Positions 46,903 to 57,430 of a stretch of 64,000 bases of DNA are shown piece by piece (the first letter of the stretch is position 1; the number at the start of each line of letters is the position of its first letter). The stretch is taken from contig JAZRZA010000045.1 in NCBI GenBank assembly GCA_045601045.1, positions 43,415-107,414 on the forward strand. The letters run 5' to 3'. The DNA comes from Paludibacteraceae bacterium (GTDB lineage: Bacteria > Bacteroidota > Bacteroidia > Bacteroidales > Paludibacteraceae). The notes under the pieces are model-generated. The model did not search any database. It had not been told where the DNA came from and was given only the letters and a program-made list of their open reading frames with translations. Made by a program: the position numbers and the translations under genes.

Positions 46903-47811
46903 ATGATGAGTTACAGAATTTTTACTAAGGTGAGAAGTTTTTTACTCGCCGCTATGGCGGTGTCGTTGTTGTCTTGTGGTGCCAAGAAAGAGGTGGCGCA
47001 AAAGGAGGATGTTAAAAATTCCTCTTCTTTGAAAATAGCTGAAAAAGAGAAGAAAAACGCGGATTCTTCGTCGCCCAAGAAGGAGACTGCTAAGCGGGTG
47101 AAAATCAAGTCGGTTATAGAATCTTTCCAGGTGAAGGGTATATCCTTTAATATGATTTTAGTGGAGGGTGGAACTTTTGCGATGGGTGCCTCTCCCGAGC
47201 AAGGTAAATATGCGGACGCGACGGAAAAACCATTGCATAAAGTTACGCTAAGCGATTATTACATTGGAGAAACCGAGGTGACGCAAGAGTTGTGGAACGC
47301 TGTGATGGGCACTAATCCTTCAAAATACAAAGGGGAAGGATTCCCTGTGGAAAGCGTCTCTTGGATAACCTGTCAAACCTTTTTGAAACGTTTGTGCACG
47401 ATGACTGGAAAGAATTTCCGTTTGCCTACTGAAGCGGAGTGGGAGTTCGCCGCACGAGGTGGAAGGGCTACGAAGAATTATATGTATAGTGGCAGTAATG
47501 ATTGGGTCGATGTGGCCATCCGTGATAAGTACGCAGTCTCTAAAACGTATAAGGTAGCTTCTACTAAACCCAACGAATTGGGAATCTATGATATGAGCGG
47601 TAATGTTTCCGAGTGGTGCGAAGATTGGTATGGAAGTTATTCCTCCGGCGCGCAGGTCTCTCCGAAGGGTCCTCAATCGGGAGATTCCCGTATTTATCGA
47701 GGCGGAAGTGCTTCTATGCCCGAAACTTTCTATCGTGTCTCCGCTAGGGACGGCGGTATGCCTGACAAATGGTTCTATACCGTTGGCCTGCGTTTAGTGA
47801 TGACTGAATAG
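46903..47811 (+). CDS. formylglycine-generating-enzyme (SUMF1/FGE-sulfatase) domain lipoprotein
   Basis: 302 aa. Lipobox SLLSC, then a K/E/S-rich linker. The FGE domain has motifs GGTFAMG, HKVTLS.YYIGETEVTQ..W, SW....FL..L, RLPTEAEWEFAARGG, GNVSEWC.DWY and RGGS. Confidence 0.85.
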   Translation: MMSYRIFTKVRSFLLAAMAVSLLSCGAKKEVAQKEDVKNSSSLKIAEKEKKNADSSSPKKETAKRVKIKSVIESFQVKGISFNMILVEGGTFAMGASPEQGKYADATEKPLHKVTLSDYYIGETEVTQELWNAVMGTNPSKYKGEGFPVESVSWITCQTFLKRLCTMTGKNFRLPTEAEWEFAARGGRATKNYMYSGSNDWVDVAIRDKYAVSKTYKVASTKPNELGIYDMSGNVSEWCEDWYGSYSSGAQVSPKGPQSGDSRIYRGGSASMPETFYRVSARDGGMPDKWFYTVGLRLVMTE

Positions 47812-47817
47812 TAGATC

Positions 47818-47850
47818 AAAAAAAGGAAGACCAATTGGTCTTCCTTTTTT
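47818..47850. terminator. bidirectional rho-independent terminator between the convergent FGE-domain gene and miaA
   Basis: A7-GGAAGACC-AATT-GGTCTTCC-T6. The structure is symmetric, so it has a U-tract on both strands. Confidence 0.8.
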
Positions 47851-47869
47851 GATTGTCCACCTTCTATGA

Positions 47870-48730
47870 TTATTGTAGTGTCTCCCACTTTATTTCCTCG
47901 TCTCGTTTGAACCAAGTGATCTGTTTTTTAGCGTAGTGACGACTGTTTTGTTGAATCATTTGTTTGGCATATTCCAATGTCCAGTTACCGTCGAAGTATT
48001 CGAATAATTCTTTGTATCCTACCGTATTGAGGGAGTTCAGTCCTTTGTAAGGGTAAAGACTTCTTGCCTCTTCCAAGAGACCCTCGTCGAACATTTTGTC
48101 GACGCGGAGATTGATTCGTTCGTACAACTCCTCTCTTGGTCTTATGAAACCGATTTTCTCAATCTCAAAGGGACGTTCCTTCTTGCTATCCGTACGGAAA
48201 GAAGAGAAAGGTTTGCCTGTTTGAAGACAGACTTCCAAAGCGTGTTTGATTCTTTTGTGGTTCATCGGATCCACTTGTCTATAATAGACGGGGTCCAGCA
48301 TCTTCAATTCATTTCTTAGCGCATCCACTCCCTCGTTGGCCAATCGTAAATCAAGGTCTTTCCTTAATTCCTCATCGATTTTGGGAATGTCGTCTATGCC
48401 TTTGCAGATGGCGTCGATGTAGAGCATGGAACCTCCCACCATCAGGACGGTATCATGGGTTTGAAATAGCTCCTCACACTTTTTCAAGGCCTCTAATTCA
48501 AACTTTCCACAGCTGTAATAATCGTGGATGGAGAGGTTGCCTATGAAGTGGTGGGGGACGCGTGCCAATTCCTTCTCAGTTGGGGCTGCGGTTCCGATTT
48601 TCATTTCTCTGTACATCTGACGGGAATCGCAGGAGATGATCTCTGTGTGTAGGGATTCTGCCAATTGAAGGCTTCTCTCTGTCTTTCCGACACCAGTAGG
48701 GCCTAATAGTATGATGAGTTTCTTTTTCAT
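47870..48730 (-). CDS. miaA: tRNA dimethylallyltransferase
   Basis: P-loop [23 protein letters not shown], and C-terminal YAKKQ.TWF. The ATG at 48730 was chosen because a terminator-like hairpin occupies the longer N-terminal extension. Confidence 0.92.
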   Translation of the reverse strand: MKKKLIILLGPTGVGKTERSLQLAESLHTEIISCDSRQMYREMKIGTAAPTEKELARVPHHFIGNLSIHDYYSCGKFELEALKKCEELFQTHDTVLMVGGSMLYIDAICKGIDDIPKIDEELRKDLDLRLANEGVDALRNELKMLDPVYYRQVDPMNHKRIKHALEVCLQTGKPFSSFRTDSKKERPFEIEKIGFIRPREELYERINLRVDKMFDEGLLEEARSLYPYKGLNSLNTVGYKELFEYFDGNWTLEYAKQMIQQNSRHYAKKQITWFKRDEEIKWETLQ

Positions 48731-48743
48731 GACGCTAAGATAC

Positions 48744-48769
48744 AAAAAAAGCGAGGACAAAGCCTCGCT
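48744..48769 (-). terminator. terminator-like hairpin after glgP (minus strand)
   Basis: AGCGAGG-N6-CCTCGCT with an A7 run on the plus strand, which is a T7 run after the stem on the minus strand. It lies between the glgP stop and the miaA ATG at 48730. Confidence 0.6.
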
Positions 48770-48793
48770 TTTTCGCTATTGTTATCTGGTTTA

Positions 48794-51358
48794 TTAGAAC
48801 CAACGTACGTAGCAGAAGTCTTGACGGTGTGCCAAATCCTTGTTCTTAGGGAACATACGGAAGGCATACTTGAACAATCCTGAACGAGAGATTCTATCGT
48901 CAAGCTTGAAGGTGAGTTTTGAACCGTCTTGCTTAACCAACTTCATCTCCTTAACCTCATCGATCTTGTCGTTGTTGTTCGCGTCTTTCTCAGTAGAAAC
49001 GAAGTCCACACCGATGCCATTGTCGTTCAAGTTCTTGGTGTCGATAACAACCTCAGCATCGTAGCTATCACCTACCTCAGGGTTGGTCAAAAGCTTCTCG
49101 GAAACGTTTGCTGAAACGATCTCGATTTGATCCCAGTTCTCAGCAACCTTCTCTTTCCATGCTGCGATCTCCTTTGCCTTAGCGTAGTCGTTTTTGATCA
49201 ACTTGCCGAAACGCTCACGCAATGGGTTGTAGAAACGCTCGATATAATCATCCATCATACGCTTTGTAGTGTAGTTAGGAGCGATCATAGCGATAGAGTT
49301 CTTGATGGTCTTCACCCACTCAGGAGAGTATCCCTTGCTGTTTGTAGCGTAGAACATAGGGATGATCTCGTTCTCCAAGATACCGTAGATAGTAGCGGCA
49401 TCCAATTGGTCTTGGTGACCTTGGAACTCGTAAGTGCGCTTTTCGGTCAAAGCCCAACCAGCACCCTCGCGGTATCCTTCCAACCACCATCCGTCTTTTA
49501 CGGAGAAGTTGATGACACCATTCATAAGTGCCTTCTCTCCAGATGTACCAGATGCCTCCAATGGACGGGTAGGGGTGTTCAACCAAATATCTACACCAGA
49601 AATCAACTTTTTAGCCAAAGCCATGTCGTAGTTCTCCAAGAAGATGATCTTGCCTTGGAATTCAGGTTGGCGAGAGATCTCGATGATTCTCTTGATCAAA
49701 CCTTGACCAGCACCGTCAGCTGGGTGAGCCTTACCGGTGAAGATGAATTGAACAGGACACTTAGGGTTGTTGACGATCTTAGCCAAACGCTCCAAGTCTG
49801 TGAACAACAAGTGAGCACGCTTGTAAGTCGCGAAACGACGACCGAAACCGATGGTCAAAGCCTCTGGGTTGATGCTCTCGCAGATCTTGATGATGCGAGA
49901 AGGATCGCCTTGGTTTCTCAACCAATTGTCTTTGTATTTAACTCTGATGTAGTCGATCAATTTTTGCTTCAATGACTTCTTGATACCCCATACCTTCTCA
50001 TCAGGTACAGTATAGATCTTCTCCCATATCTTCTCGTTGGATTGATCCTTGTAGAAAGAAGCGTCGAATGTCTCCTCGTACAATTGCTTCCACTCGTCAG
50101 CAGCCCAAGTTGGCATGTGAACACCGTTGGTTACGTAGTGCACGTGTGACTCCTCCGCGAAGTATCCCTTCCAGATGTTAGCGAACATCTTCTTGGAAAC
50201 CTCACCGTGCAACCAGCTCACACCGTTAACCTCTTGGCAAGTGTTGCATGCGAATACGCTCATAGAGAACTTCTCTCCCTTGTCGCCTGGGTTCTCGCGG
50301 CCGAGATCCATCAAGTCATCCCAAGAGATGTTCAACTTTTGCGCGTAGTGGTACATATATTTACCGAACAATCCCTCGTCGAACTTATCGTGTCCTGCAG
50401 GAACTGGTGTGTGTACAGTGTACAAAGATGATGAGCGAACTACCTCGAATGCCTCTTGGAATGACAATCCCTTTTGATTGATGTAGTAGTTCATACGCTC
50501 AACGTTGATAAGGGCAGCGTGACCCTCGTTGCAGTGGTAAGTGTCGTGCTCGATACCCAATTTTTGAAGCATCAATACACCTCCGATACCCAACATGTAC
50601 TCTTGCTTCATTCTGTTCTCCCAGTCACCTCCGTAAAGTTGGTGAGTGATGAAACGGTCGAACTCGGAGTTCTTGTCCATATCAGTATCCATCAAATAGA
50701 GGTTGATACGTCCTACCGCAACCTTCCAGATGTTAGCGTAGATGATACGGTCTGCGAATGGAACTTCGAGAATCATAGGGTTGCCGTTCTCGTCCTTTAC
50801 TTGTGAGATAGGCAATGTGTTGAAGATTTGTGGCTCGTAGTTAGCGATTTGCTCTCCGTTCATAGAGAGGGTTTGTGTGAAATAACCATATCTGTAAAGG
50901 AATCCTACAGCGGTCATGTTCACGTTGCAGTCGCTGGCCTCTTTCAAGTAGTCTCCCGCAAGTACACCCAAACCTCCTGAATAGATCTTGATGATATCAG
51001 TCAAACCGTACTCCATAGAGAAATAAGCGACAGAAGGCTTCTTTGGATCCTTTGGTTCGCTCATGTACTTGTTGAACTTGTTGTATACGGTGTCGATCTT
51101 CTTCAAAAGGACCTTGTTATTCTCGATTTTCTCCAAAGTGTCTATTGAGATACGTTCCAAGAAAAGGATTGGGTTGTGACCTGCTTTTTCCCACAAGTCC
51201 GCGTCAGCCTCTTCGAAAAGGTCTGTTGCTTCGCTGTTCCATACCCACCAAATGTTCTCGGCGATCATTCTTAACTTCTCCAACTTGGCAGGAACCTTAG
51301 CCTTCGTGTTGATTTCCTTCCAAACTGGGCCGTTTGCTTTGTTAATACTTACTTTCAT
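48794..51358 (-). CDS. glgP: alpha-glucan (glycogen/maltodextrin) phosphorylase, GT35
   Basis: 854 aa. [16 protein letters not shown], and the PLP-lysine region [14 protein letters not shown]. Confidence 0.9.
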   Translation of the reverse strand: MKVSINKANGPVWKEINTKAKVPAKLEKLRMIAENIWWVWNSEATDLFEEADADLWEKAGHNPILFLERISIDTLEKIENNKVLLKKIDTVYNKFNKYMSEPKDPKKPSVAYFSMEYGLTDIIKIYSGGLGVLAGDYLKEASDCNVNMTAVGFLYRYGYFTQTLSMNGEQIANYEPQIFNTLPISQVKDENGNPMILEVPFADRIIYANIWKVAVGRINLYLMDTDMDKNSEFDRFITHQLYGGDWENRMKQEYMLGIGGVLMLQKLGIEHDTYHCNEGHAALINVERMNYYINQKGLSFQEAFEVVRSSSLYTVHTPVPAGHDKFDEGLFGKYMYHYAQKLNISWDDLMDLGRENPGDKGEKFSMSVFACNTCQEVNGVSWLHGEVSKKMFANIWKGYFAEESHVHYVTNGVHMPTWAADEWKQLYEETFDASFYKDQSNEKIWEKIYTVPDEKVWGIKKSLKQKLIDYIRVKYKDNWLRNQGDPSRIIKICESINPEALTIGFGRRFATYKRAHLLFTDLERLAKIVNNPKCPVQFIFTGKAHPADGAGQGLIKRIIEISRQPEFQGKIIFLENYDMALAKKLISGVDIWLNTPTRPLEASGTSGEKALMNGVINFSVKDGWWLEGYREGAGWALTEKRTYEFQGHQDQLDAATIYGILENEIIPMFYATNSKGYSPEWVKTIKNSIAMIAPNYTTKRMMDDYIERFYNPLRERFGKLIKNDYAKAKEIAAWKEKVAENWDQIEIVSANVSEKLLTNPEVGDSYDAEVVIDTKNLNDNGIGVDFVSTEKDANNNDKIDEVKEMKLVKQDGSKLTFKLDDRISRSGLFKYAFRMFPKNKDLAHRQDFCYVRWF

Positions 51359-51395
51359 GCTATACCTAATTAGTGTTTATTGTTATTTTATTGTT

Positions 51396-53036
51396 TTATC
51401 TTTTATTCAAGGCAATCTCAAATGCCTTCTGGTAATATTTAATGAAATCGTTCCAAGAACATCCATCCGCGATTTTCTTCGCTTTTTTGCGTGTAGCGGT
51501 AAGTTCCTTTTCGTTCATACTTGCTAACGCGATGATGTTGTCATGGATTTCCGAAGCCACTTCGAAGTAGTTGTGGTCGTTTCTGTTGATGACAGCGACA
51601 CCGTTTTTGATGTCTACTGGCTGGCCAGATACCCAGAGACCGAAACCTGCCAAATTGGTGGTGATGGTCGGTACACTGAATGCGACGCTTTCAAGCGGCG
51701 TATATCCCCATGGTTCGTAGTATGACGCGAAAATGGTCAAGTCAAGGCCAATTAGCAAATCGTAGTAGCATTTGTTGAAAATGCCATCGTCTCCATTCAG
51801 GTAACTTGGCACAAGAATTACCTTCACATTCTTGTCGACGTCATTGTCGAAGTGGAAGGCCTGCATGGCACCGAACAACTGATCGTTGTCCACGTTGTTG
51901 ATATCGTGTGTGATGTTTCTTCTGTAAAGTGTATACTTTGCGTTAGGGTCTTCCATTCTGGATTGAAGATCCTTGCGTGGACCGATGTTCCATCCTGGGA
52001 CCATGATGAACGCGATGGTCTCTCTGGTGTAGTCGGGGTTGATGGCTAGTTGTCTAACTGACTCCAAGAATACATCTATGCCTTTGTTTCTGAACTCGTA
52101 TCGTCCGCCTGTTCCGATGAAGAGGGCGTCGTCTGAAATGGCGTGTCCTATCAGATTCTCCGCTACGTTTTTTAGCACGGCGCGAGCCTCTTTCTTGACT
52201 TTGGTATGTTTTGCCCCTTGTGGAATGAATCCCGCCTCAAAACCATTGGGTGTGACGATGTCGGGTTGTTTGTCCAATAATTGGGCGCATTCTTTCGCTG
52301 TCAAGTCGCTGACGGTGGTAAAACAGTCCGCATTGTGCGCCGCTTGCTTTTCCACTGAGTGTTTAGCTTTAACGTTGAGCTCGCCTGCCATTTGGTCGCC
52401 ATTGTATTGCTCGAAATATTCGTAAAGCAATTTGTTGTTGAAGCAGATGGATCTGCCGACCGTTGTGGCATGTGTGGTGAAAATTGTGTGCAAGTATGGC
52501 GCGTGGTTCTTGCAGTAAAGAACGCCGGAACCTGTCGTCCATTCATGGAATTGAGCGACGGTTTTCTGCTTGGTAAGTTTGTTGAATTGACAGAAGTGCT
52601 CAATTGTCATCGCTGCGGCAAGTCCGAAAGTAACAGCCTCTGGATAGTCTCCTCCCGCATTCATGGAGTCGATCTGAAAACTGTTCCACATCTCGAAAAG
52701 GAAGTCGTTCAACTTCTCGTAGTAGGGTCTGAAATCGATCAACAATGCGATGGGTTCTCCTGGAACGTTCCATCTTCCCATTTTTACGTTTACGCCAGTC
52801 TCCTTGGCGTATGCCTTGGTCCAGCTGGAGAAAAGTTTGTTGTCTTCGGTGAAACAGATGTTGCCACCGTTCTCGAAATATGGTCCTACGTAAATGAGAT
52901 CGTCTCCTTGAACGTCGTGCAAGGATTTCGCTTGCGTTGAAAGTACGGTGTAGATGCCGCCGATCTTGTTGCAAACTTCCCAACTCGTTTGAAACATGTA
53001 GTTGCTTGTTCTTTTATTTGCCGTTTTTCCCGCCAT
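51396..53036 (-). CDS. GT3-type ('eukaryote-like') glycogen synthase
   Basis: 546 aa. The N-terminal SWEVCNKIGGIYTVL matches the animal/fungal glycogen synthase signature (SWEV.NKVGGIYTV). C-terminal PSYYEPWGYTPLES. Confidence 0.85.
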   Translation of the reverse strand: MAGKTANKRTSNYMFQTSWEVCNKIGGIYTVLSTQAKSLHDVQGDDLIYVGPYFENGGNICFTEDNKLFSSWTKAYAKETGVNVKMGRWNVPGEPIALLIDFRPYYEKLNDFLFEMWNSFQIDSMNAGGDYPEAVTFGLAAAMTIEHFCQFNKLTKQKTVAQFHEWTTGSGVLYCKNHAPYLHTIFTTHATTVGRSICFNNKLLYEYFEQYNGDQMAGELNVKAKHSVEKQAAHNADCFTTVSDLTAKECAQLLDKQPDIVTPNGFEAGFIPQGAKHTKVKKEARAVLKNVAENLIGHAISDDALFIGTGGRYEFRNKGIDVFLESVRQLAINPDYTRETIAFIMVPGWNIGPRKDLQSRMEDPNAKYTLYRRNITHDINNVDNDQLFGAMQAFHFDNDVDKNVKVILVPSYLNGDDGIFNKCYYDLLIGLDLTIFASYYEPWGYTPLESVAFSVPTITTNLAGFGLWVSGQPVDIKNGVAVINRNDHNYFEVASEIHDNIIALASMNEKELTATRKKAKKIADGCSWNDFIKYYQKAFEIALNKR

Positions 53037-53060
53037 TTGCTAGATTATTTTTTCATACCA

Positions 53061-53068
53061 CAAAAATA
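53061..53068 (-). promoter_or_regulatory. candidate -7 element (TAttTTTG) for the glycogen synthase / glgP operon
   Basis: Plus-strand CAAAAATA is TATTTTTG on the minus strand, 25 nt upstream of the glycogen synthase ATG (53036). Confidence 0.35.
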
Positions 53069-53241
53069 GGAAAAAATTTTGAAAACTTGGCGGTTTGTTT
53101 GAAGAAAAGCAACAAGAAAATGAATAATTTATTGTGTAGACTATAAAATAAAATATCACTGTGGATTTTGTCCTGTTATTATTTGATAAATATCTATATA
53201 CTAGCGATTTGTTGGCTGCGCCTCGTCGCCTGTCAGGACGT

Positions 53242-55935
53242 TTAATACCAGTTCGGATAATCGCTGGAACTTGTTCTCTTTTCGTATTTGAGATCTTGAA
53301 GCATGGAAGAGTTTACACCGATATGGAAGTTGAATCCTTGGTTGGCTCCGAATGGGATGAAACTCAACGTCGCTGACCAACAATGCAGCTTTCTTCCTAA
53401 ACTGCAAGATGTGTAGGACATCTCTTTATTGATGAAGTCGTATCCTGAACTAAATGTGAAAGTCCAGTTGTCCGTGAAGTTGAAACCTCCTGAAAAGTTG
53501 AGCGTTTGGGATAATCTTTGCTCAAATTCCAGTTTCTCCTTGTTGAATCGATAATCGCCGTAAGATACTGAATAACTTACGTTTATATTCCATGGGAGTT
53601 TGTATTTGTAATAGCCGTTCTCGTCGTATTTACTATTCTCCTTGTTTTGTTGTGAGTTGTCTATGACGTCGTCCAACATGTCATCGACTGTCTCCGCGTT
53701 GTAGTCGATGTCGTCGTCCTCTTTTTCATCCTTTTTCCGCTTCTTGAATGTGTTGTTGTTGAACGAGTAGTTCAAGGATGTCCTGGCATTGGTTAATCTG
53801 GCGATACGGCCATTGCGCTCCATCTCGGAAGTAGTGGATTTGTAGTACTGTCCGTTTTCGTTGAGCTTGTAGGTATAAGGACAGAAACCTGCAGTGATGT
53901 TCATGTAGAGATTCCTTGGGAATTTCAGACGAAGACTGGCTGCGATATCTGACCAAGGCGTTTCATCTTCTTTGGCGAAGATGTTGTAGCTTGTCGATAA
54001 GGTCAAGTTGTCGATAAGTGAAATTTTCTTGTATCCCGTAGAGTCTTTGTCTGTACGGACTTTCATCTCCACATTGTTGCTGACGCTTAGGTTGATATGT
54101 CCGCTACCGTTGCTGGTCGGCCCTCCGTAGTAGTTACCGGTGTAGTAGCAATACTTGGTGGTGTCGATAGACCCATCTTTCTGTAATTTGTAATAATAAC
54201 CGTAATAATCTTGGTTGAAGGAGGGGATTGGGTGCTCCATTTTAGGCGTGAAGGAGAGTCCGGCGCTTGGTTGGAACACGTGGCGTATCATACTGATTTT
54301 TTTGCCGAAAATCGGTTGGAAAAATCCGTATAATTGTGTACTCATGTTGAGGTTCGCGTTCATGTCGTTGATGCGGTAAAAACCGTTCTTGATATGCTCG
54401 TCCACTCGTTGCTCCGCATCGTTCCATGTCAGTTCCTTCTTTTTGAAATACCACTTTTCCGTGTAGTTGAAACTTGGTGTGATAACCAGGTATTTAAAGG
54501 CGGTATAAGAGGCTCCAATGCTTGCTTGGTTTTTGATGCCATTGTTCCAATCTTTGAGCAGATTTTGTTGGAAAAGTTTGTCCTGCTTCGTGGAGATGTA
54601 GTTGTCGAAGTTCATACTGTAATTCAGATATATCTTCTCAAACCATTTCTCTTTACCGGTGCGTTTCTCCCTCTTAAAAGGGTATACGCGGCTCATGTTC
54701 AAATGGAAAGTTGGTAATTTTAACGATATGGTGGAGTCGCTCTGCCTTTGGTTGACGGTGACATTGGTTGTCAAAGAGAAGTGCGACTCGGGAAACTTAT
54801 AGGTGTAGTTGATGGATGATGATTTATTGTTCTCTCCATAAACTGACGGATTGTAGTGCGCGCTAGTATTGTTCTTGTTGTAGGAAGAAGAAGAGAAGTT
54901 TACGGATGCGGAGAAGGTCCTGAAAGGGTTGGCTTTCGGGTCTTGAACGTGTGTCCAAGTCACCTTCACATCGTTCACTTGCGTGTAGTCTGGCATGTTT
55001 TTCTCGCTGGTCACCGTTGATTGGTAACTTAAATAGATATTGCCGTTGAATTTATATCTCTTCTTATAGCGGGTGGTCGCGTTGACGCCCCAAGAGCCTT
55101 TGGTGTATATATCTGCACGTAGGGCCAAGTCAAAGTATTGACTGATAGCGAAATAGTAACCTCCGTTTCTGAGGTAGAAACCTCGGGAAGTCTCTTCTCC
55201 GAAGGTCGGCATCAGAAGTCCCGAAGAGTATTTTTCTGTGAATGGGAAGAATCCGAATGGCAGTACCAACGGCAAAGGCACATCCTGGATTACCAAGTAG
55301 GAGGGACCTGCTACAATGTACTCTTTGGGTTTCACTTTCGCTTGGGTGATGTTCAGATAGAAGTGAGGGTGCTCATGGTTGTCGCACGTGGTGTACTTTC
55401 CGTCTTTCATCAGAAAGGTGTTGTCTTCCAGCTTTTTTGCCTTCTCGCTGGTCATGTATCCTTCTCCTTGCTGCGTCACGACATTGCGGATCAAACCTTT
55501 GCGAGTCTCGTAGTTAAAATCAATGCTGTGGGATTCATAACTATCGTTGCCGTCTTTGAAAACTGGTCTTCCGATCTCATTTCCCGTGGAGTCGTAACCG
55601 CATCGCGCATGGACAATGGTGGAGTCCGTGTTCATTTCTATGTGGTCGGATGTGAGTTCCATCTTCTCGTATGTCACTTTGGCGTTTCCGTAAAGGAAGG
55701 CGTGTCCATCCGCATAGAACACCACGGAGTCTTTGGCTGAATAATTGACGTTGGATTTTACGGCGTCCTTGGATATTTTCAAGGTTTTAACATTTTTCCC
55801 GTTGGAATCTTCCGCACTTTTCTCCACACCTTTGATCGTGTCATTTTGCGTGGTTTCCGCAAAAATTTCATTGTTGTGCGAACCGAAAAGTCCAGCGAGT
55901 AAAATCAATAAATATGTTATATGTCTATGTACCAA
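53242..55935 (-). CDS. LptD-like outer-membrane protein (OstA-like N-domain plus large beta-barrel)
   Basis: 897 aa. Signal peptide. The OstA/LptA-like jelly-roll segment is YSAKDSVVFYADGHAFLYGNAKVTYEKMELTSDHIEMN. Then ~700 aa of alternating beta-strand pattern rich in Y/N/S/T, ending in an aromatic residue (..YPNWY). Confidence 0.6.
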   Translation of the reverse strand: MVHRHITYLLILLAGLFGSHNNEIFAETTQNDTIKGVEKSAEDSNGKNVKTLKISKDAVKSNVNYSAKDSVVFYADGHAFLYGNAKVTYEKMELTSDHIEMNTDSTIVHARCGYDSTGNEIGRPVFKDGNDSYESHSIDFNYETRKGLIRNVVTQQGEGYMTSEKAKKLEDNTFLMKDGKYTTCDNHEHPHFYLNITQAKVKPKEYIVAGPSYLVIQDVPLPLVLPFGFFPFTEKYSSGLLMPTFGEETSRGFYLRNGGYYFAISQYFDLALRADIYTKGSWGVNATTRYKKRYKFNGNIYLSYQSTVTSEKNMPDYTQVNDVKVTWTHVQDPKANPFRTFSASVNFSSSSYNKNNTSAHYNPSVYGENNKSSSINYTYKFPESHFSLTTNVTVNQRQSDSTISLKLPTFHLNMSRVYPFKREKRTGKEKWFEKIYLNYSMNFDNYISTKQDKLFQQNLLKDWNNGIKNQASIGASYTAFKYLVITPSFNYTEKWYFKKKELTWNDAEQRVDEHIKNGFYRINDMNANLNMSTQLYGFFQPIFGKKISMIRHVFQPSAGLSFTPKMEHPIPSFNQDYYGYYYKLQKDGSIDTTKYCYYTGNYYGGPTSNGSGHINLSVSNNVEMKVRTDKDSTGYKKISLIDNLTLSTSYNIFAKEDETPWSDIAASLRLKFPRNLYMNITAGFCPYTYKLNENGQYYKSTTSEMERNGRIARLTNARTSLNYSFNNNTFKKRKKDEKEDDDIDYNAETVDDMLDDVIDNSQQNKENSKYDENGYYKYKLPWNINVSYSVSYGDYRFNKEKLEFEQRLSQTLNFSGGFNFTDNWTFTFSSGYDFINKEMSYTSCSLGRKLHCWSATLSFIPFGANQGFNFHIGVNSSMLQDLKYEKRTSSSDYPNWY

Positions 55936-56060
55936 GAAAATGCTTATTTATAATTGCGCCGTAAAAATGTATGCAAATTTAAGAATATTTTCCTATTTTT
56001 GCCATACATTTTTGTAATAAGATTACAATCATGTTGTATTAAGGTTATAATAAGAAAGTC

Positions 56061-57404
56061 TTGGAAAATAAATCTTTGATTTTGAAGCGCGCATTTGTAT
56101 GGATGTGTCTTCTTTTTATGGGTGTTACAACCGCTTTTTCGGCAGAAAAGCCGTTCGTTGTGGTACTTGACGCGGGTCACGGAGGCAAGGATGCGGGCGC
56201 GATTGGATACACCTTGAAAAAAATGGAGAAGGATATCAATTTGAAAGTGGCACTTAAAGTGGGTGAATTGATGTCCAAGGAGAAGAATGTGAAGGTTTTG
56301 TATACCAGAAAAAAGGACATATTCATTCCTTTGGATGATCGTGCGCAGATCGCTAATAAGGCCAAAGCCGATCTTTTCATCTCTATTCATACGAATGCGG
56401 CGGAAAACCGTTCGGCAAGAGGTACTGAGTCCTATGCGGTAGGTTCGTCTTCCGCTAACTTGGAGGTGGCGAAAAGAGAGAACGCTGTTTTGTTATATGA
56501 GTCTGATTACAAGACCAAGTACCGAGGTTTTGATCCCAATAGCACGGAGTCTTATATTATGTTTGACTTTTTGCAATCCAAATATATGGAACAAAGTATT
56601 GCCTTCGCTTCGCAGGTGGAGAAAAACTTTGTGAAGGAGGGTCGTAGCAGTAGAGGCGTGAAGCAGGCAGGATTCTGGGTGTTGAAGCAAGCTGCGATGC
56701 CTGCTGTTTTGGTAGAGTTGGGCTATATTTCCAATAGGGAAGAGGAGGAGTTCCTTTCTAAAGATAAAAACTTGGACAAACTCTCCGAAGCGATTGTGAG
56801 GGCGTTCGTTCAATATAAAAAGAATGTGGACAAACGAAATAATGTCGGTTATACAGATACAGATGCGAATAAAACTGTTCAGAAGCAGGAGGTCGCACCT
56901 AAAGTTGAAGAGAAGACGCCTGTAAAGGAGAGTGTCAAGGAACCTGCTACGGGAGCCAAGACAGAGGGTGTCGATAAGGGAAATGCCTCTTCGGTTGATA
57001 GTACGCAAAAATCGTCGGCGGGAAACGTCGCTCCTCCATCCACATCCCAAACTACTCATCAAGTGACGCCTTCCAGTGAGAATAAATCTTCCTCGGAAAA
57101 GAGTGATGTCGCTGATAAGAAGAAGGACGAGAAAAAGCCAGAAATATATTACGCGGTTCAATTTTGTAGCGCGAGCGCCCCGAAATCATTGAATGCGAAA
57201 GAGTTTATGGGATTAGTGCCTGCTCAGGAGTTTGTCGAGACGGGTACCTATAAATACAAATATGTGTATGGTCACGAAAACACCTTTGAAGCAGGTGTGA
57301 AATTGCGTGATGAGGTAAAAAAGAAATTTAAGGACGCCTTCCTTGTTGTGATCAAGGACGGCAAAAAACTCTCTACCCAAGAGGCGAGGGAATATTATAA
57401 ATAA
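56061..57404 (+). CDS. N-acetylmuramoyl-L-alanine amidase (Amidase_3) with a low-complexity linker and a C-terminal SPOR domain
   Basis: Motifs VVVLDAGHGGKDAGAIG, ISIHTNA and E.GY.SN. A ~110-aa K/E/P/S/T-rich linker follows. The SPOR-like end is YYAVQFCSA.....EF..........YKY.YG......A...R..VKK.F.DAF.V. The start (TTG 56061 or ATG 56103) is uncertain. Confidence 0.85.
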   Translation: MENKSLILKRAFVWMCLLFMGVTTAFSAEKPFVVVLDAGHGGKDAGAIGYTLKKMEKDINLKVALKVGELMSKEKNVKVLYTRKKDIFIPLDDRAQIANKAKADLFISIHTNAAENRSARGTESYAVGSSSANLEVAKRENAVLLYESDYKTKYRGFDPNSTESYIMFDFLQSKYMEQSIAFASQVEKNFVKEGRSSRGVKQAGFWVLKQAAMPAVLVELGYISNREEEEFLSKDKNLDKLSEAIVRAFVQYKKNVDKRNNVGYTDTDANKTVQKQEVAPKVEEKTPVKESVKEPATGAKTEGVDKGNASSVDSTQKSSAGNVAPPSTSQTTHQVTPSSENKSSSEKSDVADKKKDEKKPEIYYAVQFCSASAPKSLNAKEFMGLVPAQEFVETGTYKYKYVYGHENTFEAGVKLRDEVKKKFKDAFLVVIKDGKKLSTQEAREYYK

Positions 57405-57430
57405 AAAGATGTTGTTTAATTGATAGTGCT

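Noticed and set aside
48731-48760. N-terminal extensions suggested by the ORF track: miaA from 48760, dedA from 27530, wza from 28330, the lipoprotein from 41044, and several TTG/GTG starts.
   Set aside because: Some extensions are occupied by terminator hairpins of the upstream gene (miaA, dedA). Others add residues in front of an obvious ATG-initiated signal peptide or conserved N-terminus. In each case I preferred the internal ATG.
53160-53172. TGTGGATTT, a 7/9 match to the DnaA box TGTGGATAA, between the LptD-like gene and the glycogen synthase gene.
   Set aside because: It is a single imperfect copy 5.4 kb from dnaA, with no cluster and no adjacent AT-rich unwinding element. It is compatible with chance.
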